Part shown: in pieces, positions 1-9,737 of the stretch | How positions within the stretch are numbered: the stretch's first letter is position 1 | Layout: every line of letters begins with the position of its first letter | Assembly: GCA_048940925.1 (NCBI GenBank) | Contig: JBHLOC010000008.1 | Span: 1 to 64,000, forward strand | DNA: 64,000 nt | Source: Promethearchaeota archaeon | GTDB taxonomy: Archaea; Asgardarchaeota; Lokiarchaeia; Sigyniarchaeales; SOKP01 | Reading direction: 5' to 3' | Program-made: the position numbers and the translations under genes | The notes under the pieces: model-generated | Told to the model about the DNA's origin: nothing | The model's database searches: none | Seen by the model: the letters and a program-made list of their open reading frames with translations, nothing else

Positions 1-725
1 TTTTAACGAAAAGCAGAGGGTATCCTTCAATCCTGATTGATGAGTCATTGTTGCTTGATTGTGGTGATGGAACGGCTCAAAGATTGATGGAAGTGAATTC
101 TATGAGGAGTATTAAAACAATTTGCTTATCTCACTTGCATGGGGACCATTCTATGGGTTTAATATCTCTTTTATGGTATTATGTGTTCACTAATCGTAAA
201 GAGCGATTAAAAATTATAGCACCTTCCCCGGTAAAGAAGTTTATAGAGAAAATTTTAGATATTTTTCTTCCCGGAGTTCCATTTCCATTTGAACTGGATG
301 TGTTAGAGCTGGGTGGTGAGTCTAAAGTCTTAGAGGTAGAGGGTGGCTACATCCTCGAATATGCAGACATGGACCATATAATTAAAGCATTCGGGTATCG
401 GATAGAAGGGAAAGGGGGAGTTTTGTGCTATTCTGGAGATACTCGTTTTAGGCAAAAATTGGTTGAATTAGCGAGGGATTGTGATGTATTGATCTGTGAG
501 TCTACGTTTCCAGATGATAAAGCTGAGATTGCATATCAGACGGGGCATTGTACTCCTTCCGATGCTGCGCAAATGGCGAAGAAGGCGGATTGTAAAAAGT
601 TAGTGCTGGTGCATTTTTCACCACTTTTTCCCAGGCCTGTTGAGCGCTTAATTGAGAGGATAAAGTCTATTTTTGAGAGAGAGATATTGATTGGGGAGGA
701 TTTAATGACATTAGAACTCCCTTAA
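1..725 (+). CDS. RNase Z-like metallo-beta-lactamase-fold hydrolase (5' end beyond window edge)
   Basis: HLHGDH, LLDCG, YSGDT, ICESTF and GHCTP motifs; frame is open from base 3 (LTKSRGYPSILID...), so the start lies upstream of the window. Confidence 0.85.
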   Translation, partial: LTKSRGYPSILIDESLLLDCGDGTAQRLMEVNSMRSIKTICLSHLHGDHSMGLISLLWYYVFTNRKERLKIIAPSPVKKFIEKILDIFLPGVPFPFELDVLELGGESKVLEVEGGYILEYADMDHIIKAFGYRIEGKGGVLCYSGDTRFRQKLVELARDCDVLICESTFPDDKAEIAYQTGHCTPSDAAQMAKKADCKKLVLVHFSPLFPRPVERLIERIKSIFEREILIGEDLMTLELP

Positions 726-944
726 AAGTATATAGACTAAGTTTTTTTATTTACGCTTATTTTTTTATGGTTTGTACCTTTTCCTAGATAATTTTAAGTT
801 TTGGAATAATTAATCGAATTCAGATTCTGTCATAAATATTCTTACTTTCTATTAAAATCTGTTTTGCTAAATAATTTGCCTATGGTAAATTGTGATCTAA
901 CTCACTTTTACCAAATAATCTAACTAATGATTTTTTAATAAAAG

Positions 945-1238
945 TTGGAGTATATAGTAGTGAAATACTGATACCCAAATGTTTTAGGAGATTTTCGAGA
1001 TGTTGAAATTAATTTTACTCTTTGATCTACTGTTGAGAAAGCTAAACAATGGAAACTATTAGGAGCGTCTCGAAATGTCAAAGTAGCAGCTTTATTTGAC
1101 AAGCTCGAGCACGACAATATAATGTGTATAAACAAGCTATTTAGCCACGTCTTTAAAGTTTCTGTTTTTACCGATTACGATAAAACGATTGAATGGTTGA
1201 TGAGTAAATTAGAAATCTTCCTAAAAAGATTATTTTAA
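945..1238 (+). pseudogene. Decayed SpoIIAA/STAS-SEC14-like small protein
   Basis: Frame reads LEYIVVKY*YPNVLGDFRDVEINFTL*STVEKAKQW...VSVFTDYDKTIEWL; in-frame TGA at 969 and 1023; F-x-D-x5-WL ending is typical of the family. Confidence 0.45.
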
Positions 1239-1443
1239 CAATATTTTTTCTCTTATTATTTAAGATTTTATATTGAACTGTTTTATTATCTACTGATACT
1301 TACCCCTTTGTTTCTACATCCATGTATTATATATTTCAAGGTTTCCCGATTTAAAATTTTTTTAGATACAATTGTAAAAATTTAATTTATAGAAATCCTA
1401 AGTTTATTTAGAACTGATAAATCAGATTTAGGTGTGATTTAAA

Positions 1444-2508
1444 ATTCTTTCTTTAAAGGGTTGGATAAATGGTATTACAGCTACATTTATAGTTATCTAT
1501 GGATGCATTTTTGGACTATGGTGCATATATAAATCAAGAAAAAATAATGTTAGACTCTTAGGTTACATAGGATTAGCTATAATCTTTTTATCGTTGGGTT
1601 GGTTGGGAATGGGCGTAGATTTCATAACAATTCTTTTAACAAACAAAAATGTTGATAATTCTTATGGATTAGCTGGTATTTCAAATTTTATGTGGATGCC
1701 AATTGTAGCAATTCTTTTTAACTATATAGGCATGGAGCTTTTAATTCCAGAAAAATTAACTCTCAAAAAAATAATTCTTTTCTCCTTGGTGATTATCGGT
1801 ATTATATATGAAATTTTTCTTTTTTTAGATCCTATGAGCAATTTCAATTTTGTTTATCCAGAAACCTCTGGTGAGAATTTGATTGATGGACCAATTAATA
1901 TGAATTCTCCAATAGGGATTATTAATTCTTTTTATCTTATAACGGGATTATTTGTTCTAGGAGGCGGATTTTTATTTAAAAGTTTACAGACAAAAGGAGT
2001 CGTTAGGAAAAAGTTTATTTATTTATCAGTGGGATGGCTTATTATTATTGTTTTCGGTTTTATTGAAATTTTTATTTATTTTGGTTATTATGAAGTTTTT
2101 TTAACTCTTATTAGATTGGGAATTATTTTGAGCTTCTCTTTATGGTATATTGGAATAAGAGAGGAACCTGTTGAACCTATAAAAGAACGTCCTAAAAAAG
2201 AAGTTAAAGTTGAAGAATCATTATTTAGATTAACTCAAAAACCTGATCATATCACTGAAGAAGAGGTTACCTTTCATAAGGAAAAGAAAATTTGCTTGGT
2301 GTGTAAAGGAAAACTGGAAGATTTTGTTTTTATATGTTCACACTGCGATGTGTTATATTGCGAAAAGTGTGCGAGAACATTATCTAATTTAGAAAACGCA
2401 TGTTGGGTTTGCAATACTCCAATTGACAAATCAAAACCCATAAAGCCATATAAGAAACGGGAAGATGTAGAGGATATTCCGATATCAGAAGAAATTCCAA
2501 AAAAGTGA
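1444..2508 (+). CDS. Multi-TM membrane protein with C-terminal 8-Cys RING-like zinc finger; probable ATT start
   Basis: ORF 1594..2508 extends in frame 50 codons to ATT at 1444, just after AGGTGTGA; several TM helices; CLVC..CSHC..CEKC..CWVC tail. Confidence 0.75.
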   Translation: MLSLKGWINGITATFIVIYGCIFGLWCIYKSRKNNVRLLGYIGLAIIFLSLGWLGMGVDFITILLTNKNVDNSYGLAGISNFMWMPIVAILFNYIGMELLIPEKLTLKKIILFSLVIIGIIYEIFLFLDPMSNFNFVYPETSGENLIDGPINMNSPIGIINSFYLITGLFVLGGGFLFKSLQTKGVVRKKFIYLSVGWLIIIVFGFIEIFIYFGYYEVFLTLIRLGIILSFSLWYIGIREEPVEPIKERPKKEVKVEESLFRLTQKPDHITEEEVTFHKEKKICLVCKGKLEDFVFICSHCDVLYCEKCARTLSNLENACWVCNTPIDKSKPIKPYKKREDVEDIPISEEIPKK

Positions 2509-2568
2509 TAATATTATATTATGAAATCAACTTAATTAGATGTTACTTGATTAATGGCGAACTCATAA

Positions 2569-2769
2569 TTGGATGAAGCAAAAGAAGGAACTTTTAAGGC
2601 ACTAGCAATATTAGTAATAAAAAAAGAAAATATGTTTAAGTTGTTTAAAATATTCTCCAAACAGTTACCTCCAATAAAACAGAATGAGGAAATGACGGTT
2701 TGTAGAATATGTGGTTCTATTTTATCTGCAAACTATGTTTTTTGTAATAAATGTGGTGTAAAAATGTAG
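2569..2769 (+). CDS. Short double zinc-ribbon protein or gene remnant
   Basis: CRICG...FCNKCG at C-terminus. Confidence 0.4.
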   Translation: MDEAKEGTFKALAILVIKKENMFKLFKIFSKQLPPIKQNEEMTVCRICGSILSANYVFCNKCGVKM

Positions 2770-2932
2770 ATTATCTAGATTCTAGAATATTTATGAAAGA
2801 AAGAATGGAAATGGGTTGACTTCAATAGCCAAATTACTTACCCATTTTAAAAGACATTAGAGTAATATGAATATTGAATAAATATGGAGGATATTCTTTA
2901 TTAAAAAAGACCACCACTACTTAAGCATGAAA

Positions 2933-3217
2933 CTAAAGCATCTCGCTTACTTCTAGTAATTTATTATAAATGTCTATCGCTTTCTTTGTGAGTTTAATAT
3001 GTTTTGCTCTATTATAGGTTTCGATAGTAATAAATCCTTCTCTGACTAATTTGTCTTTTATGCGAAGGAATGCGTTGTAATAGCTGAACTTATTTAGTTC
3101 CTTATAGAACGTATGTATAGTGGTTTTATAGTTCTTGAATTTAGTTAGGATCTCATAGGTATCCCAAATGCCTTTTTTCTTATAAAAAAAAGAATTAAAA
3201 TTGAAGGAAAGGTAAAT
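2933..3217 (-). pseudogene. Small winged-helix DNA-binding protein lacking a canonical start (not in ORF track)
   Basis: 94-codon open frame ...NFNSFFYKKKGIWDTYEIL...YYNAFLRIKDKLVREGFITIETYNRAKHIKLTKKAIDIYNKLLEVSEML*; wing motif IKLTKK; 5' end runs into the repeat at 3206. Confidence 0.6.
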
Positions 3218-3244
3218 TCAGCGTCTGATTTCAATGAAAATTCC
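3206..3244. repeat. Dispersed intergenic repeat, copy a
   Basis: GGAAAGGTAAATTCAGCGTCTGATTTCAATGAAAATTCC; similar copies at 5334, 9589, 10203, partial at 11738. Confidence 0.85.
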
Positions 3245-3450
3245 TTTTAAAAAAATAATCTAAAATTAAGAACTCACTTAAAAATTATTATTATATATGA
3301 TGTATTGGCTATGTTTTTATTGATTAACTCCAGATACCATGTAGCTGCACTAACAATAGGAGGATTAATTCTAGGTTTCTGGCAAATCTAATTTTATTTC
3401 CTATTTATTTTCTTAAAAAAATTTATACCAAAATTTATATTAATAATAAT

Positions 3451-3966
3451 ATGATATTTTTTCCAAAAAATATATTTGATAAAAACGATGAAGAAGATGA
3501 CTACATACAAAGAAAGTACGCAGGACATCTTCATGCAATGAAAGAGAAACCAATATATGACACCGACTCTTCAGACGTGACAATATATAGATTCCTTTAT
3601 TTAAGATCATTCAGTATTCCCATAATGATAAAAGTTATTGTTAAAAAGAACGAGAATAACCTAAGAGCAATAATCCCATCAGGACCAAGGAGCGTTCGCG
3701 AAAAAGAGATTAACAAAACCTTAAATGATAAAGAGATTCAGGAGATTGAAAAGTATATTGAGAAAATGGATTTCTGGAACTTAAATACAACTAATGATCC
3801 TCGACTACCTGTGCCGGATGAAACTCGAGGTATCCTTGAAATATATGATAAAAATAATAAATATCATGTAATAGATAGATTGTCTCCGGGTTATAAAGAG
3901 GATACCAAAAATTACGCTGAGTTAATTAATTATCTCTTAAAACTTGCCGATACTAATTTACCTTAA
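3451..3966 (+). CDS. Hypothetical protein
   Basis: 171-aa ORF with ATG start and protein-like composition. Confidence 0.65.
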   Translation: MIFFPKNIFDKNDEEDDYIQRKYAGHLHAMKEKPIYDTDSSDVTIYRFLYLRSFSIPIMIKVIVKKNENNLRAIIPSGPRSVREKEINKTLNDKEIQEIEKYIEKMDFWNLNTTNDPRLPVPDETRGILEIYDKNNKYHVIDRLSPGYKEDTKNYAELINYLLKLADTNLP

Positions 3967-4093
3967 GTACATATTCGGGGCAATGTACAAAACCTCATAA
4001 AAAAGGAGAAGAACCTCTAGATTGCAGTAAATAAGCTTAAATTTCCAACATGAAACAACTTTTTATTCCTTTCTTATAAAATATTAAACGAAA

Positions 4094-4290
4094 TTAAATC
4101 GAGCTCTTGTTTTCTTCGAATACACTTGGTAAAAAATTGACAAATTCACCCATCTCTTCTTTGTTATGCTTACGTAGTCCTTCAATAAACTGTTTTGGAA
4201 CTTCGGCAGGTAACCGAAACGTTGTGCGTAATTTTGTTCCATTTTCAATTGATTCATATTCATGTAAAAGCCAATGACTCATCAGCACTC
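4094..4290 (-). pseudogene. C-terminal fragment of a PhlG/SRPBCC-like protein
   Basis: Only the tail (LLHEYESIENGTKLRTTFRLP...LRKHNKEEMGEFVNFLP) looks like a real protein; the N-terminal part of the called ORF does not. Confidence 0.45.
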
Positions 4291-4461
4291 CAAATAGTAC
4301 GAGTGTATGGTGTTCGAAAGAGGAACAACTAGGTTTTAGTAAAAAAATTAAGACTATTGGAGAGATAAACAATTTTCACACTTTATAAAGTTTATATAAA
4401 TCGAATTTAGAGCTTATTATAAGATGAGATTTTGAACAATGATTTTATGAAAAAATTAATC

Positions 4462-5103
4462 TTAATCAAGTACGTCATCGATAAAATCCTCAGATTGTTC
4501 TTTTAGCTCCTCTATGTAGTCTTGAATCGTGTTTCCAATATATTCATTTTTAGTGATCTTTTTTATTCTTGTTTCAGCTATTTTTTTTGATTTCTTGGGA
4601 ATTATTTTTGAAAAATTAGATTCAATATTTAAAAGGCTAAGTAGGAATGTCAGTTCTTTAGTAGGATCGTTGTTGTCGATAAGCACACCAAGTATTTCAT
4701 CTGAGAGTTCTTCTTTTAATGCTGGTTTAATTAATTGATATCTTCTTTTAAGCATTTTTTTTCCCAAATATTTAATCAATTCTGAATTTTGAAATCTAGT
4801 TATTATGTTTTCGATAAATTCAGATTTGTTGGATCTTTTCATGAATTTTGTACAAAGCTCTATTAACGTTTTATCTTCTTGACTTTTTTTAATAAACTCA
4901 AGCATTTTATCTAAGATTTCTTCGTTAGTTGAGTCTTGATTAATAATTTCGATTTTAAAATTTCGTTCAGATATTGAAATCTTATTTTTTAGAACTAAAT
5001 CCATAATAAGAGCTCCATAAAGCAGATAGTCATCCCATTTAAGAATGAACTTGTTAGATTTTTCATCTATACCTATCAGAAATAATTGGTCAACTATTAA
5101 CAT
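4462..5103 (-). CDS. GOLPH3/Vps74 (GPP34) family protein
   Basis: N-terminal L-x-D-Q-L-F-L-I-G-x-D and GALIMDLVLKNKI motifs; RBS GAGGTGTG. Confidence 0.7.
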   Translation of the reverse strand: MLIVDQLFLIGIDEKSNKFILKWDDYLLYGALIMDLVLKNKISISERNFKIEIINQDSTNEEILDKMLEFIKKSQEDKTLIELCTKFMKRSNKSEFIENIITRFQNSELIKYLGKKMLKRRYQLIKPALKEELSDEILGVLIDNNDPTKELTFLLSLLNIESNFSKIIPKKSKKIAETRIKKITKNEYIGNTIQDYIEELKEQSEDFIDDVLD

Positions 5104-5333
5104 AAAAAAGATTCACACCTCTATAATTAATCAAAGTAATTCTCTAATTAATAAAAAAGTTTTCTTAAAAGATTTTATATTTGTTCTTAATCATTTATGA
5201 GTTTAGATCTCAGACAATTTTTTCGAGACTAACTCCAAAGGTATATTTGAAAATTCAAGTTTCTATACCCCATGTATTTTATAAGTACATCAACCACAAA
5301 GGTTTGGGAATTTGAACTATTTTATTAATTCTT

Positions 5334-5370
5334 GAAAGGCAAATTCAGCGTCTGATTTCTATGAAAATTT
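5334..5370. repeat. Dispersed intergenic repeat, copy b
   Basis: GAAAGGCAAATTCAGCGTCTGATTTCTATGAAAATTT. Confidence 0.85.
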
Positions 5371-5456
5371 AATGAAAAAATTTAGAAAATAATTCCCTAT
5401 TTTTTGGGATAATAGATGGAATCTTGGTGTGAAGAAAAAGTTAAAAAGAATATATA

Positions 5457-6419
5457 TTAAACTAAAATACTACCATTGTTTAGAATTTTCTTTCCATCAA
5501 TTTCAATTGTAACATCTTTCATTACACCATCATGATGAATGTTGCTATATGTTTGTCCTCCAATATTAATATTTTTTCCAATAGCTAAATGTGCTGTGCC
5601 TATCATCATTTTATCTCCTACAGTCCCAGATGGCATTTTCATTGTATGATTTGTACCAATACCTAGTTCTGCGATATTAGATGCGTTATTATCAGCAGCT
5701 TTTATTATAGCTCTTATTTTATCAGCTTCTTCAGCTCCTTCAATTTTCACAGCACGACCATTTTCTACCAATATTTTTACAGGTGTTTTAATTGCACCGA
5801 CTTTTTCAAAAAAAACATCGATGATCCAGATTCCTTGAGTTGTCCCTTCTACAGGGGCTATGGCTGCCTCAGCATATTCAGGAACAGCACCCCATGCTCC
5901 AGGTACGGCATGTCTTACTCTAAGAGGAGCTGATATTCTATCCTTGATAGATAATATAATATCGGTTCCGATTTTAGTTGTGATTTTTGCTTCTTCCCCA
6001 TTAGTCAAAATATCAGCTAATTTCTCTGTTAATTCTGTAATTTTATAAATATCTTCCTTGGTAATGTCGGGTTTAATATAAGGAACTCCCCCTACTCTTA
6101 CTCCCACGTCAGTTGCAGCCCTTCTTGCATTCATATGAAGAAATAATTGAATCGTGCTAGAGGGAAGAACGCCCATCACTACGTCTGAGTTTAGCATTTG
6201 TGTGCTTACTTCTTCAGGAGGTTCTATCTGGATATCCTTATTATCTACCTGAGTAAGTGTAACTTGAGCACCTAACGCTTCAGCTTCTTCTGCTAAAAGA
6301 TTTGCATTTCTATTAAAACCCTCTGAAAAAATGATTAACACTTTTTCTTTTGGCTTTATTCCCATACAGGTTTCTACAATAACTCGAGCTCCGTTCCTAT
6401 AATCAAGTTTTTTACTCAT
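5457..6419 (-). CDS. Thermophilic metallo-aminopeptidase (M29 family)
   Basis: EAAIAPVEG, IAELGIGTN, GTAHLAIG and HHDGV motifs. Confidence 0.85.
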   Translation of the reverse strand: MSKKLDYRNGARVIVETCMGIKPKEKVLIIFSEGFNRNANLLAEEAEALGAQVTLTQVDNKDIQIEPPEEVSTQMLNSDVVMGVLPSSTIQLFLHMNARRAATDVGVRVGGVPYIKPDITKEDIYKITELTEKLADILTNGEEAKITTKIGTDIILSIKDRISAPLRVRHAVPGAWGAVPEYAEAAIAPVEGTTQGIWIIDVFFEKVGAIKTPVKILVENGRAVKIEGAEEADKIRAIIKAADNNASNIAELGIGTNHTMKMPSGTVGDKMMIGTAHLAIGKNINIGGQTYSNIHHDGVMKDVTIEIDGKKILNNGSILV

Positions 6420-6634
6420 TTTCTCTCAACTCATTCAAAAGAAATCTTTCTAAAATATATAATTTAGTATGTTCAATGGTATTTATTAAGATATGCAAAG
6501 TGCGAATGTTTGACAAATTAAAAATTTGCAAAATTCCTGAAAGTCATTCTAATTTTATTTTTCTATTTATTCGTAAAATGAAAATTTAATTAATTTTAAA
6601 TTAAATTTTAACAATCTATTGTATAATAATTTAT

Positions 6635-7498
6635 TTGAATCTTTTTAAAGAAGGTGATAAGTTGAAGAAAAAACGAAAGTTAGATCTAAAACCAATTGAG
6701 ATGGATACTCCATGGGCAAGAAAAGTGAAGAAAAAGGCTAAATATGCCAAATTACCTATAATAAAACGAAGAATAAGAAAACGTAGGTATCCCGACGGTT
6801 TTGATAATCAAACAGGATCTGCCATACCCGTTAACATATCTATTGGTACTTTTGAGGATCAGATTGTACCCCGTAAAGTCGTAGAATACTTTATCAATAA
6901 GGCAGGTACTATACTTCTAATGGATTGTCCATGTCGCACTCACAATAAATGCAAGAATCACGATGTGACATTAGGGTGTACCTGGTTGGGGCGAGGAGCT
7001 GGCAAAATAGATCGATCTAAATGGCCTGGAGCACATCTCGCAACTAAAGAGGAAGCTTTAGAACGAGAGCGATTGGCCTATGAAAATGGTTTAGTTCCCC
7101 ATATGGGAAAGCTAAGAGCTGACGCAGTTTTATATGATGTGTTAGATTGTGAGGACGAATTTATGAGTATTTGTCATTGTTGCTCTTGTTGTTGCGTAGT
7201 AGCCTTAAGCAAATATGGTCCAGCTGATTTTAGAAAAGTATCGAAAAGAATGGAGGGTGTTGAAGTAAGAGTAGATCGTGATAAATGTACTGGTTGTGGA
7301 AAATGCTTCAAAGTTTGTATAAGAAACGGATTGAAAATGAAAAAAGGTAAAGCAATGATCAATCAAAAAAACTGTATGGGATGTGGGCGGTGTACGAGAG
7401 TATGCCCAAATAACGCCATTACCATCTCAATAGATGATTACAGTCGTATTGATGAGTTGATTGCTAGATTTGAATCACGTGTAGATATAACTGGTTAG
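6635..7498 (+). CDS. 4Fe-4S dicluster ferredoxin-domain protein (start probably TTG 6662)
   Basis: Two CxxCxxCxxxC motifs plus CPCR and ICHCCSCCC; AGGTGA just before 6662. Confidence 0.85.
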   Translation: MNLFKEGDKLKKKRKLDLKPIEMDTPWARKVKKKAKYAKLPIIKRRIRKRRYPDGFDNQTGSAIPVNISIGTFEDQIVPRKVVEYFINKAGTILLMDCPCRTHNKCKNHDVTLGCTWLGRGAGKIDRSKWPGAHLATKEEALERERLAYENGLVPHMGKLRADAVLYDVLDCEDEFMSICHCCSCCCVVALSKYGPADFRKVSKRMEGVEVRVDRDKCTGCGKCFKVCIRNGLKMKKGKAMINQKNCMGCGRCTRVCPNNAITISIDDYSRIDELIARFESRVDITG

Positions 7499-7698
7499 AA
7501 AAAGAGTATTGACATTGATCTGATGGAGTTTTGAGTTATTTCAAAAACCTATCCTATTTTTCAAAAGTTTCTACCCTTGCTTCCTTTTTATATATTTTTT
7601 ATACTTTTTTAAAAATTTATTCTGAATCTTTGGAAAGAAAAAAATTATAAGAATTAAAAATAATATTAACAATATTAATTATGTAAGGGTGCAATAAA

Positions 7699-8550
7699 AT
7701 GAGACGTGATATCTATAAATATGTGATCATAATTATGGTATTTAATCTAAATTTTATATTGCTTCTTACTCCTGCATTAGCTTATATAGAAACTAAGCCA
7801 TTCAGAGCAGTTGAAAATGCAACAATTTATGCCGAAAATCCTAATACAAATTATGGAGGGGCTAGCGAACTTGAAGTTGGACATTGGACAAATTGGACTG
7901 AATCCTTTATTAAATTTGATCTATCAAATGCCCCTATTAATTTCTCAAAAGCTGAATTAAAAATAGAATTCATCTCCGTTGAAGTAGATACCCTATTGCT
8001 AATTTGCAAAACTACTAACGATTGGAGTGAAAATAATATTACATGGAATAGCGCACCCTCAAAAGGGATTTCTATAACAATGATAAATATTACTAAAGAA
8101 GTTATATATGCATTTGATGTGTCATATACCTTTGATTTAACAAGTACTAACGAATATAAAACAAGATATTGGTCTATTTGTCTCACCTCATATGGTCTTA
8201 CTTCACATGACAATATTAGGATAAAAATGGCTTCAAAACAGTGTATCAGTAAGTATACTCCTCCAAGATTAATCTTTTATTATAATACTAGTGATTTCCC
8301 TATTCTTCTTCCGGCAACTTTATTAGTATTGGCTATGTTAGCTGGAATTTTAGGATTAAGTTGGAACGTTATGAGAATAAAAGCGCCAAAGAAGCAGGAT
8401 TCACAATTAAATGAACAACCTCAAATAGGAGTTCAGCAATCAGAAACATTAACAAAAAAAGAAGGAATAAAATATTGTATTAAATGTGGATATCCTAATA
8501 AAAAAGATAACACGTTTTGCGAGGAATGTGGAACTAAAATGCCTTTTTAA
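7699..8550 (+). CDS. Secreted DNRLRE/CBM96-like domain protein with TM anchor and cytoplasmic double zinc ribbon
   Basis: Signal peptide; NPNTNYG, SFIKFDLS and WSENNITWNSAP motifs; TM helix; CIKCG...FCEECG. Confidence 0.75.
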   Translation: MRRDIYKYVIIIMVFNLNFILLLTPALAYIETKPFRAVENATIYAENPNTNYGGASELEVGHWTNWTESFIKFDLSNAPINFSKAELKIEFISVEVDTLLLICKTTNDWSENNITWNSAPSKGISITMINITKEVIYAFDVSYTFDLTSTNEYKTRYWSICLTSYGLTSHDNIRIKMASKQCISKYTPPRLIFYYNTSDFPILLPATLLVLAMLAGILGLSWNVMRIKAPKKQDSQLNEQPQIGVQQSETLTKKEGIKYCIKCGYPNKKDNTFCEECGTKMPF

Positions 8551-8719
8551 AAAAATAAATTTAATTTTAAATACTTTTTTTTTGAAAATATGAGGGTAAA
8601 TAGAAGACAGCCCACAATTTAATGAGGAAATGATAGAATGTCGCAGTAGAGAGAGTATAAATCTCATAAAATAGTAAAAATAACTTAGTATTAAAACTTA
8701 TCATCAAAAATAATATAGT

Positions 8720-9550
8720 GTGAAAGATTTGAAACAGGAGAAAGCAAAAGTAGAAGAATTTTTTGATAAATATGCAAAAAGGTACAACTCAGGTAAATAT
8801 CCTTCAGTAATTAATGTTAATCCTCGATCAGCTATGAGTTTTGCCGATGATATTACATGGCATTTTATGCTTAAATACCTTCCAAAGAATAAAGATATCA
8901 ATATATTAGATGCTGGCGCAGGTGATGGATATTGGGCACAAAAAATTATTGAACTAGGATATCAACACATCATTCTATTAGATATTTCAGAAAAAATGTT
9001 AAATGAAGCAAAAATACGTTTATCAAAACTAAAAAAAAAGGTTGAAGTTCAATATATTAAAGGAAATATAATCAATATGAAAGATTTAAAGTCAAACACA
9101 TTTGATTATGTTTTTTCTCAATATGATGCTATTTCCTATTGTTTGAAACCGAATCTAGCACTGAAAGAATTAGCTAGAGTTGTTAAAGAACATGGTTATG
9201 TCATTGTCGTTTTAGATACAAAATTTCGGAGAGTTCCTGAATATATTGAGTCAAATCACTTAGAAGAGGCAAAAATGCTCCTTAAAACTAATATTTCAAA
9301 TGAATTCGGGTTCCCCCAATACAATCTATGCTGGGAGGAGCTAGTAGAATATTTTGAAGCCGCAAACTTAGAAGTTATAGAAGTTGTCGGTGCACCTGTT
9401 TTTATGCATCAAATAAATCATGAAATATTAGAGAAATTAGAAGAAGATCCTCATACAAGAAGAAAACTTCTGAAGTTGGAGTTAGAACATTGCACTAATA
9501 AATCATTAGTAAATTTTGCTGGTCACCTTCAAATAATAGGAAAAAAATAG
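8720..9550 (+). CDS. Class I SAM-dependent methyltransferase
   Basis: ILDAGAGDG, LDISEKML, FDYVF and ELARVVK motifs. Confidence 0.9.
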   Translation: MKDLKQEKAKVEEFFDKYAKRYNSGKYPSVINVNPRSAMSFADDITWHFMLKYLPKNKDINILDAGAGDGYWAQKIIELGYQHIILLDISEKMLNEAKIRLSKLKKKVEVQYIKGNIINMKDLKSNTFDYVFSQYDAISYCLKPNLALKELARVVKEHGYVIVVLDTKFRRVPEYIESNHLEEAKMLLKTNISNEFGFPQYNLCWEELVEYFEAANLEVIEVVGAPVFMHQINHEILEKLEEDPHTRRKLLKLELEHCTNKSLVNFAGHLQIIGKK

Positions 9551-9588
9551 AAAATTTAATTTTGTACTCAATTGCTCGAGAATTGAGT

Positions 9589-9632
9589 GGAAAGGTAAAT
9601 TCAAAGTCAAAATTCAATAAAAATTTAATGAA
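9589..9632. repeat. Dispersed intergenic repeat, copy c (diverged), preceded by a hairpin
   Basis: GGAAAGGTAAATTCAAAGTCAAAATTCAATAAAAATTTAATGAA; perfect inverted repeat ACTCAATT/AATTGAGT at 9566-9588. Confidence 0.75.
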
Positions 9633-9737
9633 AGAAGATTATATTCTAAAATTATCACAAAAATGTAAAAATTTATATGTTTAACTAGGATACTAAAACT
9701 TACAACGCAATTTAATTTTTAAAAAACTATTTAAAGG

